Assembly (NCBI GenBank): GCA_020201035.1
Contig: JAIVHO010000031.1
Span: 294,122 to 358,121 of the forward strand
DNA: 64,000 nucleotides
Origin: Bacteroidales bacterium
GTDB lineage: Bacteria > Bacteroidota > Bacteroidia > Bacteroidales > VadinHA17
Direction: 5' to 3'
How positions within the stretch are numbered: position 1 is the first letter of the stretch; the number at the start of each line of letters is the position of its first letter. The notes beneath the pieces are model-generated. The model did not search any database. It had not been told where the DNA came from and saw nothing but the letters and a program-made list of their open reading frames with translations. Below are positions 30,771 to 41,346 of this stretch, one piece after another. Both the position numbers and the translations under genes were made by a program.

Positions 30771-31808
30771 TTACCAGAGATGTGCGGTATCACCTCCGGC
30801 GGTGAGGTATGGAAACACCTTTTCATATCTTTCGCGATCAAAGATTCTGTTTAAGACAAGCTCTGAAACCGAACCTATTGTTCCAACCCTGTCGCGATAA
30901 CTTATAATCATGGAAGCCTCGCTCTCTGAGATATAGGGGTGTCTCAGAAAATCACCGTATCCGGCACTATTGATATTGACCTGCCTTACAAGTGATCTGT
31001 CTGCCACCAGAAGCGGTTTAAGTCTATCGGCAAGCAATGAATCTATTCCATAAACCTCTTCTATCTGATTCACTGAGATAAATCCGCCAAGGATATTCCG
31101 GTATTTAACTATCCGTACTGAGAGCACATCTCCTATTCCGGGCAGTGATTTAAGCAATAGTGAATCTGCGCTGTTAAGGTCAATAGCAGGAGGGGGACTC
31201 TCCTCTTCCCTGCTCATCTGGTCTCCTCTTTCATGATAAGACGAGGTGTAATGCAACGTTTCACCATAAGACTTTTTATCATTCGGTCTTTCAACATAAG
31301 CAGGGTCAATGCCGGGACTTCCTCCCACGGCTCTCTTCTTTTCCGCAGTGCGGGTTTGAGAAGCGTCATGCCAGTGCTCCGGAGGAGCCTCAGCAATATA
31401 AATAAATGGAATCAGCCTCTCCCGCACCGAGGAATCAATTCCATAGATCTTTCTGAAATCCTCAGGCTTCCTGAATCTGCCACCTGCCTTACGGTAATTT
31501 GAAAGTGTTGTCGCCTGCCTCTGCGTTAGTCCGAGCGAAACCAGTTCATCAATATCTGCACTGTTGGGATCAAACATAAAGGGTTGTGCGGTTGCAGGAA
31601 TGGTATCTGCATCAGCAATTCCCTCCTCTCTCTCTTCTCCCGGGCCTATAAGTCCTGAGAGTCGGGCCGTAATAACCAGCAGCAGTATTACCGAAAGGAG
31701 GTAGGTACCCTGCCTTTCACGGCGCGAATAGCCAAACCATCGCCTGATGCGATCCGATTTAATCATCCTGATGCGTTGAGACACTGCAATATAGAAAAAA
31801 ATTCTCAA
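30771..31808 (-). CDS. helix-hairpin-helix repeat protein (ComEA-like DNA-binding), membrane anchored
   Basis: One N-terminal TM helix and three HhH units (DPNSADIDELVSLGL..., DLNSADSLLLKSLPGIGDVLSVRIVKYR, NINSAGYGDFLRHPYI). An alternative start is at 31766. Confidence 0.75.
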   Translation of the reverse strand: MRIFFYIAVSQRIRMIKSDRIRRWFGYSRRERQGTYLLSVILLLVITARLSGLIGPGEEREEGIADADTIPATAQPFMFDPNSADIDELVSLGLTQRQATTLSNYRKAGGRFRKPEDFRKIYGIDSSVRERLIPFIYIAEAPPEHWHDASQTRTAEKKRAVGGSPGIDPAYVERPNDKKSYGETLHYTSSYHERGDQMSREEESPPPAIDLNSADSLLLKSLPGIGDVLSVRIVKYRNILGGFISVNQIEEVYGIDSLLADRLKPLLVADRSLVRQVNINSAGYGDFLRHPYISESEASMIISYRDRVGTIGSVSELVLNRIFDRERYEKVFPYLTAGGDTAHLW

Positions 31809-33152
31809 TCAGGCATCCGCCCCTGTCCGGTAATTGTTCATATAGCGCTTCATATCGCCGTATATTTCAGGGGCGAGAATCAACAGACCGGTAATATTGG
31901 GAAATGCAAGGGTCAGAACCATCATATCCGAGAAGGCAATAACATTTCCAAGGCTGGAGGATGCCCCAAGGATTGTAAAGCTGAGAAAGAAAAAGTAGTA
32001 TACCCATGAGATAATACGAGGATTAACACTCTCCCTGCCCTCCCTGCCTCCAAACAGGAACCTGAAACCATTAAGACCATAATAGGACCATGATATCATT
32101 GTGGAGAAGGCGAAACAGAGTATTGCTGCTACCAGCAGGTAAGGGAACCACGGGAATACGGAGGCAAAAGCTGCCGAGGTGATCTCTGTCCCCTCCAGCG
32201 ATCCTGCTCCCTGATGAAACCCGGTAAAGATTATTACCAGGGCTGTCATTGTACATATCACCACTGTATCAATAAAAGGCTCAATCATGGCCACAATGCC
32301 CTCCTTAACAGGCTCATCGGTTCGTGCAGCGGCATGGGCAACAGCAGCCGATCCCACTCCTGCCTCGTTTGAAAATGCGCCCCTCCTGAAACCGGTAATA
32401 ATAACTCCTATTATACCTCCTTTTACTGATGTGGGGTTAAATGCCTCGCTGACGATAAGCCTGAAAACCTCACCCACGCGGTCAATATTCATAAAAATTA
32501 TTACCAGGGCTGCTCCCACATAGAGAAATGCCATAAAGGGAACCAGTCTGGATGTCACCCTTGCAATACTCTTTATACCGCCTATTACCACCAGGCCAAT
32601 AAGCAGTGAGAGAGCAACTCCGAACCAGAATCCGTGGCCCTGCAGTGCAGGAAATATTGTTGCAAACTGAACATAAGACTGATTTGACTGGAGCATATTG
32701 CTGCCTCCGAATGAAGCAAGCACCATCATAACGGCGCTGAACAGAGCCAGCACCTTACCCAGTCCCTTAAGGTTGCGGGCAGCCAGTGCCGCAGAGAGGT
32801 AGTACATCGGGCCGCCCCATACCCTCCCTGTGGAGTCAATATACCTGTATTTCAGACCCAGTGTACACTCGGTAAACTTCAGCGACATGCCAAAAAATCC
32901 GGCCATTATCATCCAGAAGGTTGCACCGGGGCCTCCAACCGCTATGGCAATCGCCACACCGGTAATATTACCCAGTCCTACCGTGGCAGAGAGCGCAGTT
33001 GTAAGAGCCTGAAAATGGCTAACCTCCCCCTTTGATCCGGGTTTGTCATATTTGCCCCTGATAAGGGCAAAGGCATGTCCGAAAGCCCTTATATTGATAA
33101 ACCGCATCCTGAAAGTGAACCACACTCCGCCGAAAAGGAGCCAGAGAACCAC
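31809..33152 (-). CDS. alanine/glycine:cation symporter (AGCS family)
   Basis: ALIRGKYD..., SHFQALTTALSATVGLGNITGVA and GGPGATFWM motifs. The GTG at 33152 is only the first canonical start codon; the conserved N-terminal sequence continues in frame up to 33305 (see findings). Confidence 0.88.
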   Translation of the reverse strand: MVLWLLFGGVWFTFRMRFINIRAFGHAFALIRGKYDKPGSKGEVSHFQALTTALSATVGLGNITGVAIAIAVGGPGATFWMIMAGFFGMSLKFTECTLGLKYRYIDSTGRVWGGPMYYLSAALAARNLKGLGKVLALFSAVMMVLASFGGSNMLQSNQSYVQFATIFPALQGHGFWFGVALSLLIGLVVIGGIKSIARVTSRLVPFMAFLYVGAALVIIFMNIDRVGEVFRLIVSEAFNPTSVKGGIIGVIITGFRRGAFSNEAGVGSAAVAHAAARTDEPVKEGIVAMIEPFIDTVVICTMTALVIIFTGFHQGAGSLEGTEITSAAFASVFPWFPYLLVAAILCFAFSTMISWSYYGLNGFRFLFGGREGRESVNPRIISWVYYFFFLSFTILGASSSLGNVIAFSDMMVLTLAFPNITGLLILAPEIYGDMKRYMNNYRTGADA

Positions 33153-33314
33153 TACAGGAACATCAGCACCTATATCAATCCCGACAGCCTTTACCGGATC
33201 CCAGAAGAATACATTTTCAAGGAGTGAAACTACCGGCTTGAATGCAGAATCAATCCTGTCGCTTAGCGTAAGCGGTTCTGATATTTGACCCGGTAACCAG
33301 ATAATATTTCTCCT

Positions 33315-34676
33315 TTAGCCTATAAGTCCCAGACCGTAAATAAATACCATTGCTATTGCAAGCGGAGCCACCAATTTGATGATCCACATAAAGATATTAA
33401 GCAGGGGCAGCTTAACGGTGCCGTCATTTGACAGCTCCTCCCTGACATTTTTCTTACCAAGTACCCATCCCACAAATACTACAATAAAGATGGCGCCAAG
33501 TGGCAGCAGGATATTGGCAGAAAGAAAATCAAACCATCCGAATATGGTACGGTCAAGGATTTTAAATCCGCTTAGCGGCCCAAAGGAGAGGGTTGCAAAC
33601 AGGCCCACGAAGGTTATGGCTACCGCTGCAATTATTGTTGCCCTGTGCCTGGTCATCTTAAGCTCTTCACTGAAATATGCAACCACCACTTCCAGAACTG
33701 AAACGGTTGATGTAAGAGCTGCAATGGCAAGCAGTATGAAGAAAAGAATTCCAAAGAAGTATCCCCCTGCCATCTGTTCAAAGATATTGGGCAACACAAT
33801 AAATACAAGACCAAAACCCTCTGCAGGGTCTATGTTGAAAGCAAATACAGCAGGAAAGATCATCACACCGGCAAGGATAGCGATAATGGTATCCGTTGCA
33901 CTGACCTGCAGGGCTGTTACCGGCAGATTATTGTCTTTCTGTATATATGAACCATAGGTTATGAGGGTTCCCATACCTATACTCAATGAGAATGCCGCCT
34001 GTCCTAGTGCATCAAGTATTACAGGCCAGGTAATTTTCGAAAAATCAGGCTTAAAGAGAAAAACAAGACCCTCCTTTGCACCCGGCAGGGTAAGTGACCT
34101 TATACAGATAACAATAATCAGTAGCAACAGTACAGGCATAAGGATCTTGGTATATTTTTCGATACCGTTTTTAACACCTGAAAAGACTATATAGCCCGTG
34201 AGAAACATAAATACCACCTGCCAGACCAATGGTCTGAAGGTACCTCCCTGAAACTTCTCAAAAGAGGTTTTCAGCTCCCCGGCTGTTTTACCGTCGAAAC
34301 TGTTTGTAACGGCCTGCACAAGATACTCCAGTGTCCAGCCTGCAATGGTGCTGTAAAAGGCAAGAATCATAAATGCCGCTACTATACCCATCATACCAAC
34401 CATATACCAGGGCTTGCCGGGGGCAAGCTTACGGAATGAGCCAAGGGCATTTCTCTGTGCCCGCCGGCCGATAGTAAGTTCAGCAAGCATCACCGGAAAT
34501 CCGATGGCAAGAATAAACATCAGGTATATAAGCAGAAAGGCTCCTCCTCCGTTTTGCCCTGTTACATACGGGAACCTCCAGATATTACCCAGACCCACAG
34601 CAGACCCGGCGGCGGCTGCTATCACTCCAAGTTTACTTCCAAAACTGTCGCGCGGCATCAGATCCAAATTTCCCAT
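33315..34676 (-). CDS. sodium-dependent transporter, SNF/NSS family
   Basis: AAGSAVGLGNIWRFPY signature and about 12 TM segments. Confidence 0.92.
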   Translation of the reverse strand: MGNLDLMPRDSFGSKLGVIAAAAGSAVGLGNIWRFPYVTGQNGGGAFLLIYLMFILAIGFPVMLAELTIGRRAQRNALGSFRKLAPGKPWYMVGMMGIVAAFMILAFYSTIAGWTLEYLVQAVTNSFDGKTAGELKTSFEKFQGGTFRPLVWQVVFMFLTGYIVFSGVKNGIEKYTKILMPVLLLLIIVICIRSLTLPGAKEGLVFLFKPDFSKITWPVILDALGQAAFSLSIGMGTLITYGSYIQKDNNLPVTALQVSATDTIIAILAGVMIFPAVFAFNIDPAEGFGLVFIVLPNIFEQMAGGYFFGILFFILLAIAALTSTVSVLEVVVAYFSEELKMTRHRATIIAAVAITFVGLFATLSFGPLSGFKILDRTIFGWFDFLSANILLPLGAIFIVVFVGWVLGKKNVREELSNDGTVKLPLLNIFMWIIKLVAPLAIAMVFIYGLGLIG

Positions 34677-34872
34677 TGAAGTACTTTTTTCAGGTTAGTT
34701 AATTGAGCCGGCTAAATTGATAAGAAATCTTATTATCTCCAAGTGATTGCACCTATTTGAATTGTTGCTCTTCAACACAATTTGCAGGTCACAAGCGGGG
34801 AGGCGCTGAAAGGGAGACAAAGGGGCAGATGAAAGGGCACTCAGCTTAAGGGGTGGTGGAAGGGAGTGGCGA

Positions 34873-37242
34873 TCAGAAAGGATATCCGATGCTGAAACTA
34901 AGGGTAAAATCATCACGCCATGTCATTGGCCTGCTTCCTGGTATCCATGCCTGTGAGAGGGCTGAGCTGGGATCCCTCAGCTTTATGCCAAGATCTGTTC
35001 TGATGGTAACAAAACTGAGGTCGAACCTGAGTCCCACTCCGGACCCTACTGCAATCTCATTAATAAAAGTATTAAACTCAAATTTTGATCCCGGCCTGTC
35101 CTCATCAGTGTAAAAGGTCCAGATATTACCGACATCCAAAAAGGTAGCGCCCTCCATGATCCAGAAGAGTTTAAACCGGTACTCGGCATTTACCTCCAGC
35201 TTTATATCGGCAGTCTGGTTGTAAAAGAAATCTTCGCCGGAAGAGTAGGAACCAGGACCAAGTGAACGTACCTGCCATGCCCTTATACCGTTTGCACCTC
35301 CCCCGAAATACTGCTTCTCAAACGGGATAGCCCTTGAGTTGCCATAAGGAATACCTGCTCCCATAAAGAGCCTGTAGGCAACCGATGATGCATCATTTAT
35401 TCTGGTATTGTATCTTATATCAATATCTCCCTTCAGGTATTGTGCATAGGGTTGTCCAAACACCTCATAACTTTCGTCAACCTTATCTGACCCTGTCAGC
35501 ATATTATATCCTGCCAAAAGGTTTCCTGCAAGCTCACCATTTATTTTAACGTACCAGTAATCCCTCGATTTCTTGATATTCTGGTTGTTAAATATATAGG
35601 TGTAGTTACCTCCCACTATAAAAATATCCTTATAACTGAAAGCAAGATATGTGGATGTATCAATCCTCTGTTCAAAACCTGCCTCGATATATGGAAGATT
35701 CACGATATTTAACTGAATGGGGTTAACAGAGTGATTGGTATAGTTGCCGGCTTTCCAGCTGTAGCCGAATGTGGCATTGGCAACAGTGCGGGTATATACG
35801 GGAAGTGTCTGGTAGTTATAGGCTGCCTTCAGAACTGTTCTGGGGTTATAATTCTTAACAAATGTCTCTGACTCAAGGAATGGAAGAAGAAATTTCGGGA
35901 ATGTAAGAGTTGTTTCAAACCCGTACTCCTGTGTGCTCCGTGAGCCAGAGGCACCCTCTGAGAGGGTCTCATATGCACCCTTCAGCTTAATATTCAGCTG
36001 CTCTGCTCCCCGGAAAAGGTTCCGGTGCAGATAGATCAGGTTTACAGCTCCCCCGAGGTTACCCCCGCTGTTAGTTCCTTCAAACTCAACGGTAAAGGCC
36101 TGCTGCACCACCGGTGTCAGCTGAATAATACAATCAAGGTAACGTTCTCCCGAAGGCCCTGGAGCTGTCGGGGCCTCCCTGTATCTGACATTTACCAGGC
36201 GGTATGATTTAAGGGAGTTAAGATGCGCTTCCGATCTCTCCCTGTTGGTAACCTGGTAGAGATCACCCGGCTTAATATACAACGACTGAATAATAACATC
36301 ATATTTGAGAACCGGTTTTTCAACCCTGTCAATGAAGTTGAAACCACGATAGAGGGTTGTATCAAGCCCTGTAATATAATCCTCACCTCCGGAAAGTGAC
36401 CTTCCCGGATCAAACTCAGGCAGGATATACATATTTCTTATACGGTATCGCCTGTGAGGCACTTCGGTTATTATCCCGTTGGCTCCTATCCTCTTCTGCA
36501 GTGACACCATAAACGTAATGTCTACTCGCCGGTCCCCTGCGGCTGAATCGCCCACAAAATTGATATTATCCCTTGAAAAAGCATAAAACCCAAGGTCACG
36601 TATAAACCTCTCGACTCTGAGAATCTCTCCTTCCAGAATATCTATATCATATTTTTCACCCTTGCTAATCAAACAGTTAACCGTATCCATATAGATCAGT
36701 TTCCGTATTGTGGTATCTGCTATACGGTACTCTATATTACCGAAACGATAGGGCTTACCGGCTTCCACATCATAGGTTACACTCGTCTTCTCCTTCCTTG
36801 TTGAATAATCGGCACGTACTGTTGAGTTAAAATATCCCTTGTAAAAAAGGTAGTTTTCAATCTCACCTGCCGATTTTACCGCGGCAAAAGGATCGAAAAC
36901 AACCGGTTTCTCGCCTATATTACGAAGCCAGCCGTGCGGCCATCCCTCTTTGTCAAGATTGGAGAGATTATAGAGCCCGAGGTGAAATCTTGTCCCGAAG
37001 ATCCTCTTGTTTGGCACCTGTCTTATATAAGGTGACAGCCTGCTCTTTCTTATTGCCGGCTCATCAACCTTTATCTCGCTTTTGTCGAGCAGTGTCTCTC
37101 CCTCTGGCAGGTATTTGGCCGGATTGCACGATGCGATAATCATTCCTCCCAGCAGAAGAGCCAAGGGGATACGAAAAAAAGAATTTTTATATAAGGTAAA
37201 AAAATCCAAAATTTGCATCTGAATGATACGCAAATATATCAA
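34873..37242 (-). CDS. BamA/TamA-family outer-membrane protein (POTRA plus surface antigen D15 beta-barrel)
   Basis: 789 aa with a lipoprotein-type signal (LLLGGMIIASC), POTRA-like repeats, and a C-terminal barrel ending in an aromatic residue (...SFSIGYPF). Confidence 0.78.
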   Translation of the reverse strand: MIYLRIIQMQILDFFTLYKNSFFRIPLALLLGGMIIASCNPAKYLPEGETLLDKSEIKVDEPAIRKSRLSPYIRQVPNKRIFGTRFHLGLYNLSNLDKEGWPHGWLRNIGEKPVVFDPFAAVKSAGEIENYLFYKGYFNSTVRADYSTRKEKTSVTYDVEAGKPYRFGNIEYRIADTTIRKLIYMDTVNCLISKGEKYDIDILEGEILRVERFIRDLGFYAFSRDNINFVGDSAAGDRRVDITFMVSLQKRIGANGIITEVPHRRYRIRNMYILPEFDPGRSLSGGEDYITGLDTTLYRGFNFIDRVEKPVLKYDVIIQSLYIKPGDLYQVTNRERSEAHLNSLKSYRLVNVRYREAPTAPGPSGERYLDCIIQLTPVVQQAFTVEFEGTNSGGNLGGAVNLIYLHRNLFRGAEQLNIKLKGAYETLSEGASGSRSTQEYGFETTLTFPKFLLPFLESETFVKNYNPRTVLKAAYNYQTLPVYTRTVANATFGYSWKAGNYTNHSVNPIQLNIVNLPYIEAGFEQRIDTSTYLAFSYKDIFIVGGNYTYIFNNQNIKKSRDYWYVKINGELAGNLLAGYNMLTGSDKVDESYEVFGQPYAQYLKGDIDIRYNTRINDASSVAYRLFMGAGIPYGNSRAIPFEKQYFGGGANGIRAWQVRSLGPGSYSSGEDFFYNQTADIKLEVNAEYRFKLFWIMEGATFLDVGNIWTFYTDEDRPGSKFEFNTFINEIAVGSGVGLRFDLSFVTIRTDLGIKLRDPSSALSQAWIPGSRPMTWRDDFTLSFSIGYPF

Positions 37243-37283
37243 TTATTAGTACACGGTAAAGTTAACGTACCCACACAAAAAAT

Positions 37284-38078
37284 ATGGTAAGCAACACCAG
37301 CATCAGGCTTGTCGCATCCCTGAGGTCAGGCAAACAGAGGCAGAAATCGGATCTCTATATTGTAGAGGGAGATAAACTGGTACGTGAATATCTGGATGAA
37401 GGAAGGTGTGTAAAGTATCTGTTCGCCACTCCCCTCTTTCTCTCCTCTCTTTCAGGTCAGGATGTCGCCAGTGCCGGCAGGGTAACCGAGGTTACGGATG
37501 AAGAGCTTAAACAGATCAGTTCACTCACCACACCAAACAGTGCCCTTGCACTGGCAGAAAAAAGAGAAGGGTCATACAACAACTCCCTTTTCGCCGGCAG
37601 GTTAACACTGGTGTTGGATAATATCCGTGACCCGGGAAATATGGGTACCATACTGAGGCTGGCAGCATGGTACGGCATAGAGCAGGTTATATGCTCGCCG
37701 GGATGTGTTGATATCTATAACCCAAAGGTGGTACAGGCAACAATGGGTGCCCTGCTGCATGTAACCGTAAACTACCATCCCCTCACAGAGGTGCTCAATG
37801 ACGCTGCAGCCGGGGGAACTCCCGTGGTGGCAACCACTCTTGACGGCAAACCGGTGTACAGTGAGCAACTGCCGGCCTCAGCCCTGATATTACTGGGTAA
37901 TGAATCACGCGGATTATCCGGGGAACTGGTGCCACTGGTAACGGATATGGTTACTATTCCTATGTTTGGAAGGGGAGGTTCTGGTATTGAATCGCTGAAT
38001 GTGGCAACTGCTGCTGCCATTATTATAAGTGAATTTATGCGTGACCGGCAGCCTTCGCAACAGCACGGGCAACCCTGA
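37284..38078 (+). CDS. TrmH/SpoU family RNA 2'-O-methyltransferase
   Basis: LVLDNIRDPGNMGTILRLA, LLGNESRGL and SLNVATAAAI motifs. Confidence 0.88.
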   Translation: MVSNTSIRLVASLRSGKQRQKSDLYIVEGDKLVREYLDEGRCVKYLFATPLFLSSLSGQDVASAGRVTEVTDEELKQISSLTTPNSALALAEKREGSYNNSLFAGRLTLVLDNIRDPGNMGTILRLAAWYGIEQVICSPGCVDIYNPKVVQATMGALLHVTVNYHPLTEVLNDAAAGGTPVVATTLDGKPVYSEQLPASALILLGNESRGLSGELVPLVTDMVTIPMFGRGGSGIESLNVATAAAIIISEFMRDRQPSQQHGQP

Positions 38079-39600
38079 TTCCATCAACGGCCGAAGAGAG
38101 AATACCACCGGCATAGCCTGATCCCTCACCTGCCGGATAGAGTCCCTTCACACCTGTATGCTCAAGTGTCTCCGGATCCCTTGGAATACGAACGGGCGAT
38201 GATGATCTCGACTCCACACCAGTGATCAGAGCCTCTGATGTAATAAATCCCCGCATCTTTTTGTCAAACTGCAGAAACCCCTCCTTAAGCCTGTTGGCAA
38301 TAAAGGGAGGCAGCCAGCTGTGAAGGGGCGATGAAACCACACCAGGGAAATATGATACCGCGGGCAGTGATACTGACTCACTCCCCCTGATAAAATCTGT
38401 CAGTCGTTGCGCGGGCGCCGACTGCCGCTCACCCCCTTGCCTAAAAGCCTCCTGCTCAAGCAACTCCTGATAATACATTCCACTCAGCTCCCCGTGTTTT
38501 GCAAACGCGGCAGGAATATCCTCTACCCTTGTCTCCACAATAATCCCTGCATTAGCCCATTTTGAGTTCCGGTGCGAGGGCGACATACCGTTCACCACCA
38601 CTTCACCGGGAGAGGTGGCGGCCGGAACAATAAAGCCCCCCGGACACATACAGAAAGAGTAAACACCCCTGTCGCCGCACTGTGTGGCCAGGGTATAGGA
38701 GGCTGACGGCAGCCACTCTCCCTTCTGCTGACCGTGATACTGTATCCTGTCAATAAGCTGCTGCGGGTGCTCTACCCTCACTCCCATTGCAAATGGCTTG
38801 GCCTCCACAGCTATCCCTGACTCATCAAGCATGGAATAGATATCTCTGGCTGAATGCCCGGTGGCAAGGATCACCCGGGGCGACATAAATATTTCACCAC
38901 CTTCAGTTTCCACTCCCTTAACCCTTTCTCCATCCCTCATAATCCTTACCACCTTCCTGTTAAACAGAAAGAGGGCACCTGAATCCACCAGCCGCTGACG
39001 TATTGCTGTTATTATCCCCGGAAGCCGGTCTGTACCAATATGCGGATGAGCCTCATATAGTATCTCCTCACCTGCCCCGTGAAGTGAGAGCATCTCCAGC
39101 ACCCTGCTGTTATCACCCCTCTTTTTTGAACGGGTATAGAGCTTGCCGTCAGAAAATGTACCAGCCCCTCCTGCTCCAAAACAGTAGTTTGAATCAGGAT
39201 TTACTGTATGCTCCCGGCTTATTCTGGCAACATCAATCTTCCGCTCACTGATATCCTTTCCCCTTTCCAGTATCACAGGACGCAGTCCGATCGTGACCAG
39301 TTCGAGTGCTGCAAAGAGTCCGGCCGGACCGCTGCCCACTACTATCACCTCCATGGCACCGGAAACATCCTTCCATCCAAAATCAGGAATCAGTGGAACA
39401 GGGTTATGATCACTGCTCCAGACTGCCACTCTGAGGTTAATTGAAATTCTTCCGCGACGCGCATCCACTGACCGGCGCAGAAACCTCATCCCACCGAAAT
39501 CATCATTACGCATACCGGCATTCCGTACCGCCATAGCTTTTACGATCCCCTTATCAGCGGCCTGAGCGGGAGTAAGCGAAAGGTTAACTTCGTGAATCAT
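38035..39600 (-). CDS. FAD-dependent oxidoreductase (COG2509-like)
   Basis: VIVVGSGPAGLFAALEL dinucleotide fold, a C-terminal GLYPAGEGSGYAGGI motif, and 521 aa. Its 3' end overlaps trmH by 44 nt (convergent). Confidence 0.8.
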   Translation of the reverse strand: MIHEVNLSLTPAQAADKGIVKAMAVRNAGMRNDDFGGMRFLRRSVDARRGRISINLRVAVWSSDHNPVPLIPDFGWKDVSGAMEVIVVGSGPAGLFAALELVTIGLRPVILERGKDISERKIDVARISREHTVNPDSNYCFGAGGAGTFSDGKLYTRSKKRGDNSRVLEMLSLHGAGEEILYEAHPHIGTDRLPGIITAIRQRLVDSGALFLFNRKVVRIMRDGERVKGVETEGGEIFMSPRVILATGHSARDIYSMLDESGIAVEAKPFAMGVRVEHPQQLIDRIQYHGQQKGEWLPSASYTLATQCGDRGVYSFCMCPGGFIVPAATSPGEVVVNGMSPSHRNSKWANAGIIVETRVEDIPAAFAKHGELSGMYYQELLEQEAFRQGGERQSAPAQRLTDFIRGSESVSLPAVSYFPGVVSSPLHSWLPPFIANRLKEGFLQFDKKMRGFITSEALITGVESRSSSPVRIPRDPETLEHTGVKGLYPAGEGSGYAGGILSSAVDGIRVARAVAKAAGHA

Positions 39601-39602
39601 AG

Positions 39603-40319
39603 CTATTCAAAATGGAAGGAGAGAACCCAAATCTGTGATTTCATCTTCTCAATTGCAGACACATACTGCGGGTATCCGGGAGCGGGTTCATGCACCAGAA
39701 TATCACGTATCCCGTTTGACATCTTCAGTTCTATGGATAGCTTAAAATATGGCAGGTAGAAGTCGAGCCCGGCACCGGCCTCCCAGTAGAGATCACTGCG
39801 ATGAAGCCTCAGATATATCGGCTCCTCCTCATCAAACTCCTTTCGTCCGGCAAGATCAAGACGGTAGTTGAGACCTCCTATCAGGTATGGTCGTACATTG
39901 TTCAGTCGCGCCCCTTTATGCTTGACCAGCAACGGAAACTCAAGAAATGAGGACTCTATCGACTGCCGGTCATCAAAAACCGCCTGGTTTTGATAGAAGA
40001 TAATATTTCTCTGCCCGAAGGATACTCCCGGCAGGAACCTTATATCCCAGTATGTTGCAGGTCTGTAGTCTATTACTATCTGGATGTTTATCCCGGGTGA
40101 AAGCATTGCAACCTCAGGATAGAGAGAGTCGGAAAAATAACTGTTATAATCCGGCGTGATCTTAAAGTCCATGGTATTAAACCCCAGGGAGAACCCGAAA
40201 TGGAGGGGTTTGTCATCATACCACGATTTGTTCATGGGCTTCTCCCTCTGCCCTTTTATCTGGATAAACGGAAGAAGAAAAACAATAAGTAGAAATGGTA
40301 AAAATCTCCTGCCAGTCAC
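39603..40319 (-). CDS. porT: PorT/SprT-like outer-membrane beta-barrel protein (T9SS-associated family)
   Basis: A signal peptide, a beta-strand-rich protein of about 238 aa (HFGFSLGFNTMDFKI...), and its position downstream of ubiE, as I recall from other Bacteroidota. The family assignment is from memory only. Confidence 0.55.
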   Translation of the reverse strand: MTGRRFLPFLLIVFLLPFIQIKGQREKPMNKSWYDDKPLHFGFSLGFNTMDFKITPDYNSYFSDSLYPEVAMLSPGINIQIVIDYRPATYWDIRFLPGVSFGQRNIIFYQNQAVFDDRQSIESSFLEFPLLVKHKGARLNNVRPYLIGGLNYRLDLAGRKEFDEEEPIYLRLHRSDLYWEAGAGLDFYLPYFKLSIELKMSNGIRDILVHEPAPGYPQYVSAIEKMKSQIWVLSFHFE

Positions 40320-40491
40320 AGACCGCTATTTTATTTATTTATAAGACACTATTCTGAAGCCCTTCAACAATTATGCATCAACCCGCACAGCTCCCTGATT
40401 TGTTTTCCGCCCCGCGTCACCCAGGAATAAAAAATCAGGATCCGTTAAATATACAAAACTATATTTTTTATTCTTTATTGTTTTGAGAATC

Positions 40492-41187
40492 TTATTTTCT
40501 GCCGGTATATATTGATGCAACACCACCGGTAAGCAGCCGCCTTTTTACATCTTTGAAGCCCGCATTTCCAATTATCTCCATAAACTCCTCTCCTTCGGGG
40601 AAACTGCTTACCGATTCAGGCAGGTAATCATACGCTGCAGGATCTTTTGAGAAGAGCCTTCCAAAAAAAGGAAGTACATAATGAAAATAGAAACGGTAAA
40701 CAGCACTGAAGGGGAATCTCCCGGGGTGAGAAAACTCCAGTATCATTACAACACCATCCTCCCTTATCACCCTGTACATCTCAGCAATACCCACTGCCGG
40801 ATTCTCAAAATTTCTGACACCGAAGGCTACCATAGCAGCATCAAAATGGTTATCACCAAAGGGCAGCTCCTCAGAATCACCCAGAATCAGTTCAATACGC
40901 TCCGACAAGCCCTTGCGGAAAACCTTTTTCCTCCCCTCCTCAAGCATTCTCTGGCTTATATCAACACCTGTAACCTTTTGCGGATTCAGCTTAAGGGATG
41001 CTATAGCGAGATCGCATGTTCCTGTTGCAACATCCAGTATATTGCCCGGGGATATCATCCTGCCCATCTCCCTCACTGCCTTCCTGCGCCATGCATAGTC
41101 AGTACCGATAGAGAGAAAATGGTTCAGAAAATCGTACCGCCAGGCGATACTGTCAAACATGCTTCTTACATCCTCTTTGCGTGCCAT
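40492..41187 (-). CDS. ubiE: demethylmenaquinone/ubiquinone methyltransferase
   Basis: MFDSIAWRYDFLNHFLS and the SAM motif ILDVATGTCDLA. The start was chosen at MARKEDV (41187). Confidence 0.9.
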   Translation of the reverse strand: MARKEDVRSMFDSIAWRYDFLNHFLSIGTDYAWRRKAVREMGRMISPGNILDVATGTCDLAIASLKLNPQKVTGVDISQRMLEEGRKKVFRKGLSERIELILGDSEELPFGDNHFDAAMVAFGVRNFENPAVGIAEMYRVIREDGVVMILEFSHPGRFPFSAVYRFYFHYVLPFFGRLFSKDPAAYDYLPESVSSFPEGEEFMEIIGNAGFKDVKRRLLTGGVASIYTGRK

Positions 41188-41346
41188 ATAAAAAATTTCA
41201 AAAGAGTGCAAATATAACATATTTAAATATGTCACTCATAAAGCCGCTTATAACCTGAGAAATATCACTATTTTACAGTGAAATAAAATTCTTCATCCGG
41301 CCCAAAGTTACTAATTTTAGGGTCTTAACATGACTTATCAATCCCT

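Noticed and set aside
33300-33317. A stop-codon readthrough fusion of the SNF and AGCS transporters (same frame, 165 nt apart).
   Set aside because: TAA is an efficient stop, no readthrough context is known here, and a Shine-Dalgarno-like AAGGAGA follows the stop. Separate initiation is therefore more plausible. The non-canonical start is reported instead.
38035-38078. A 44-nt convergent overlap of trmH and the FAD-oxidoreductase gene, considered as a possible antisense regulatory arrangement.
   Set aside because: Both C-termini look full length. Short convergent overlaps are common in compact genomes, and nothing further supports a regulatory role.
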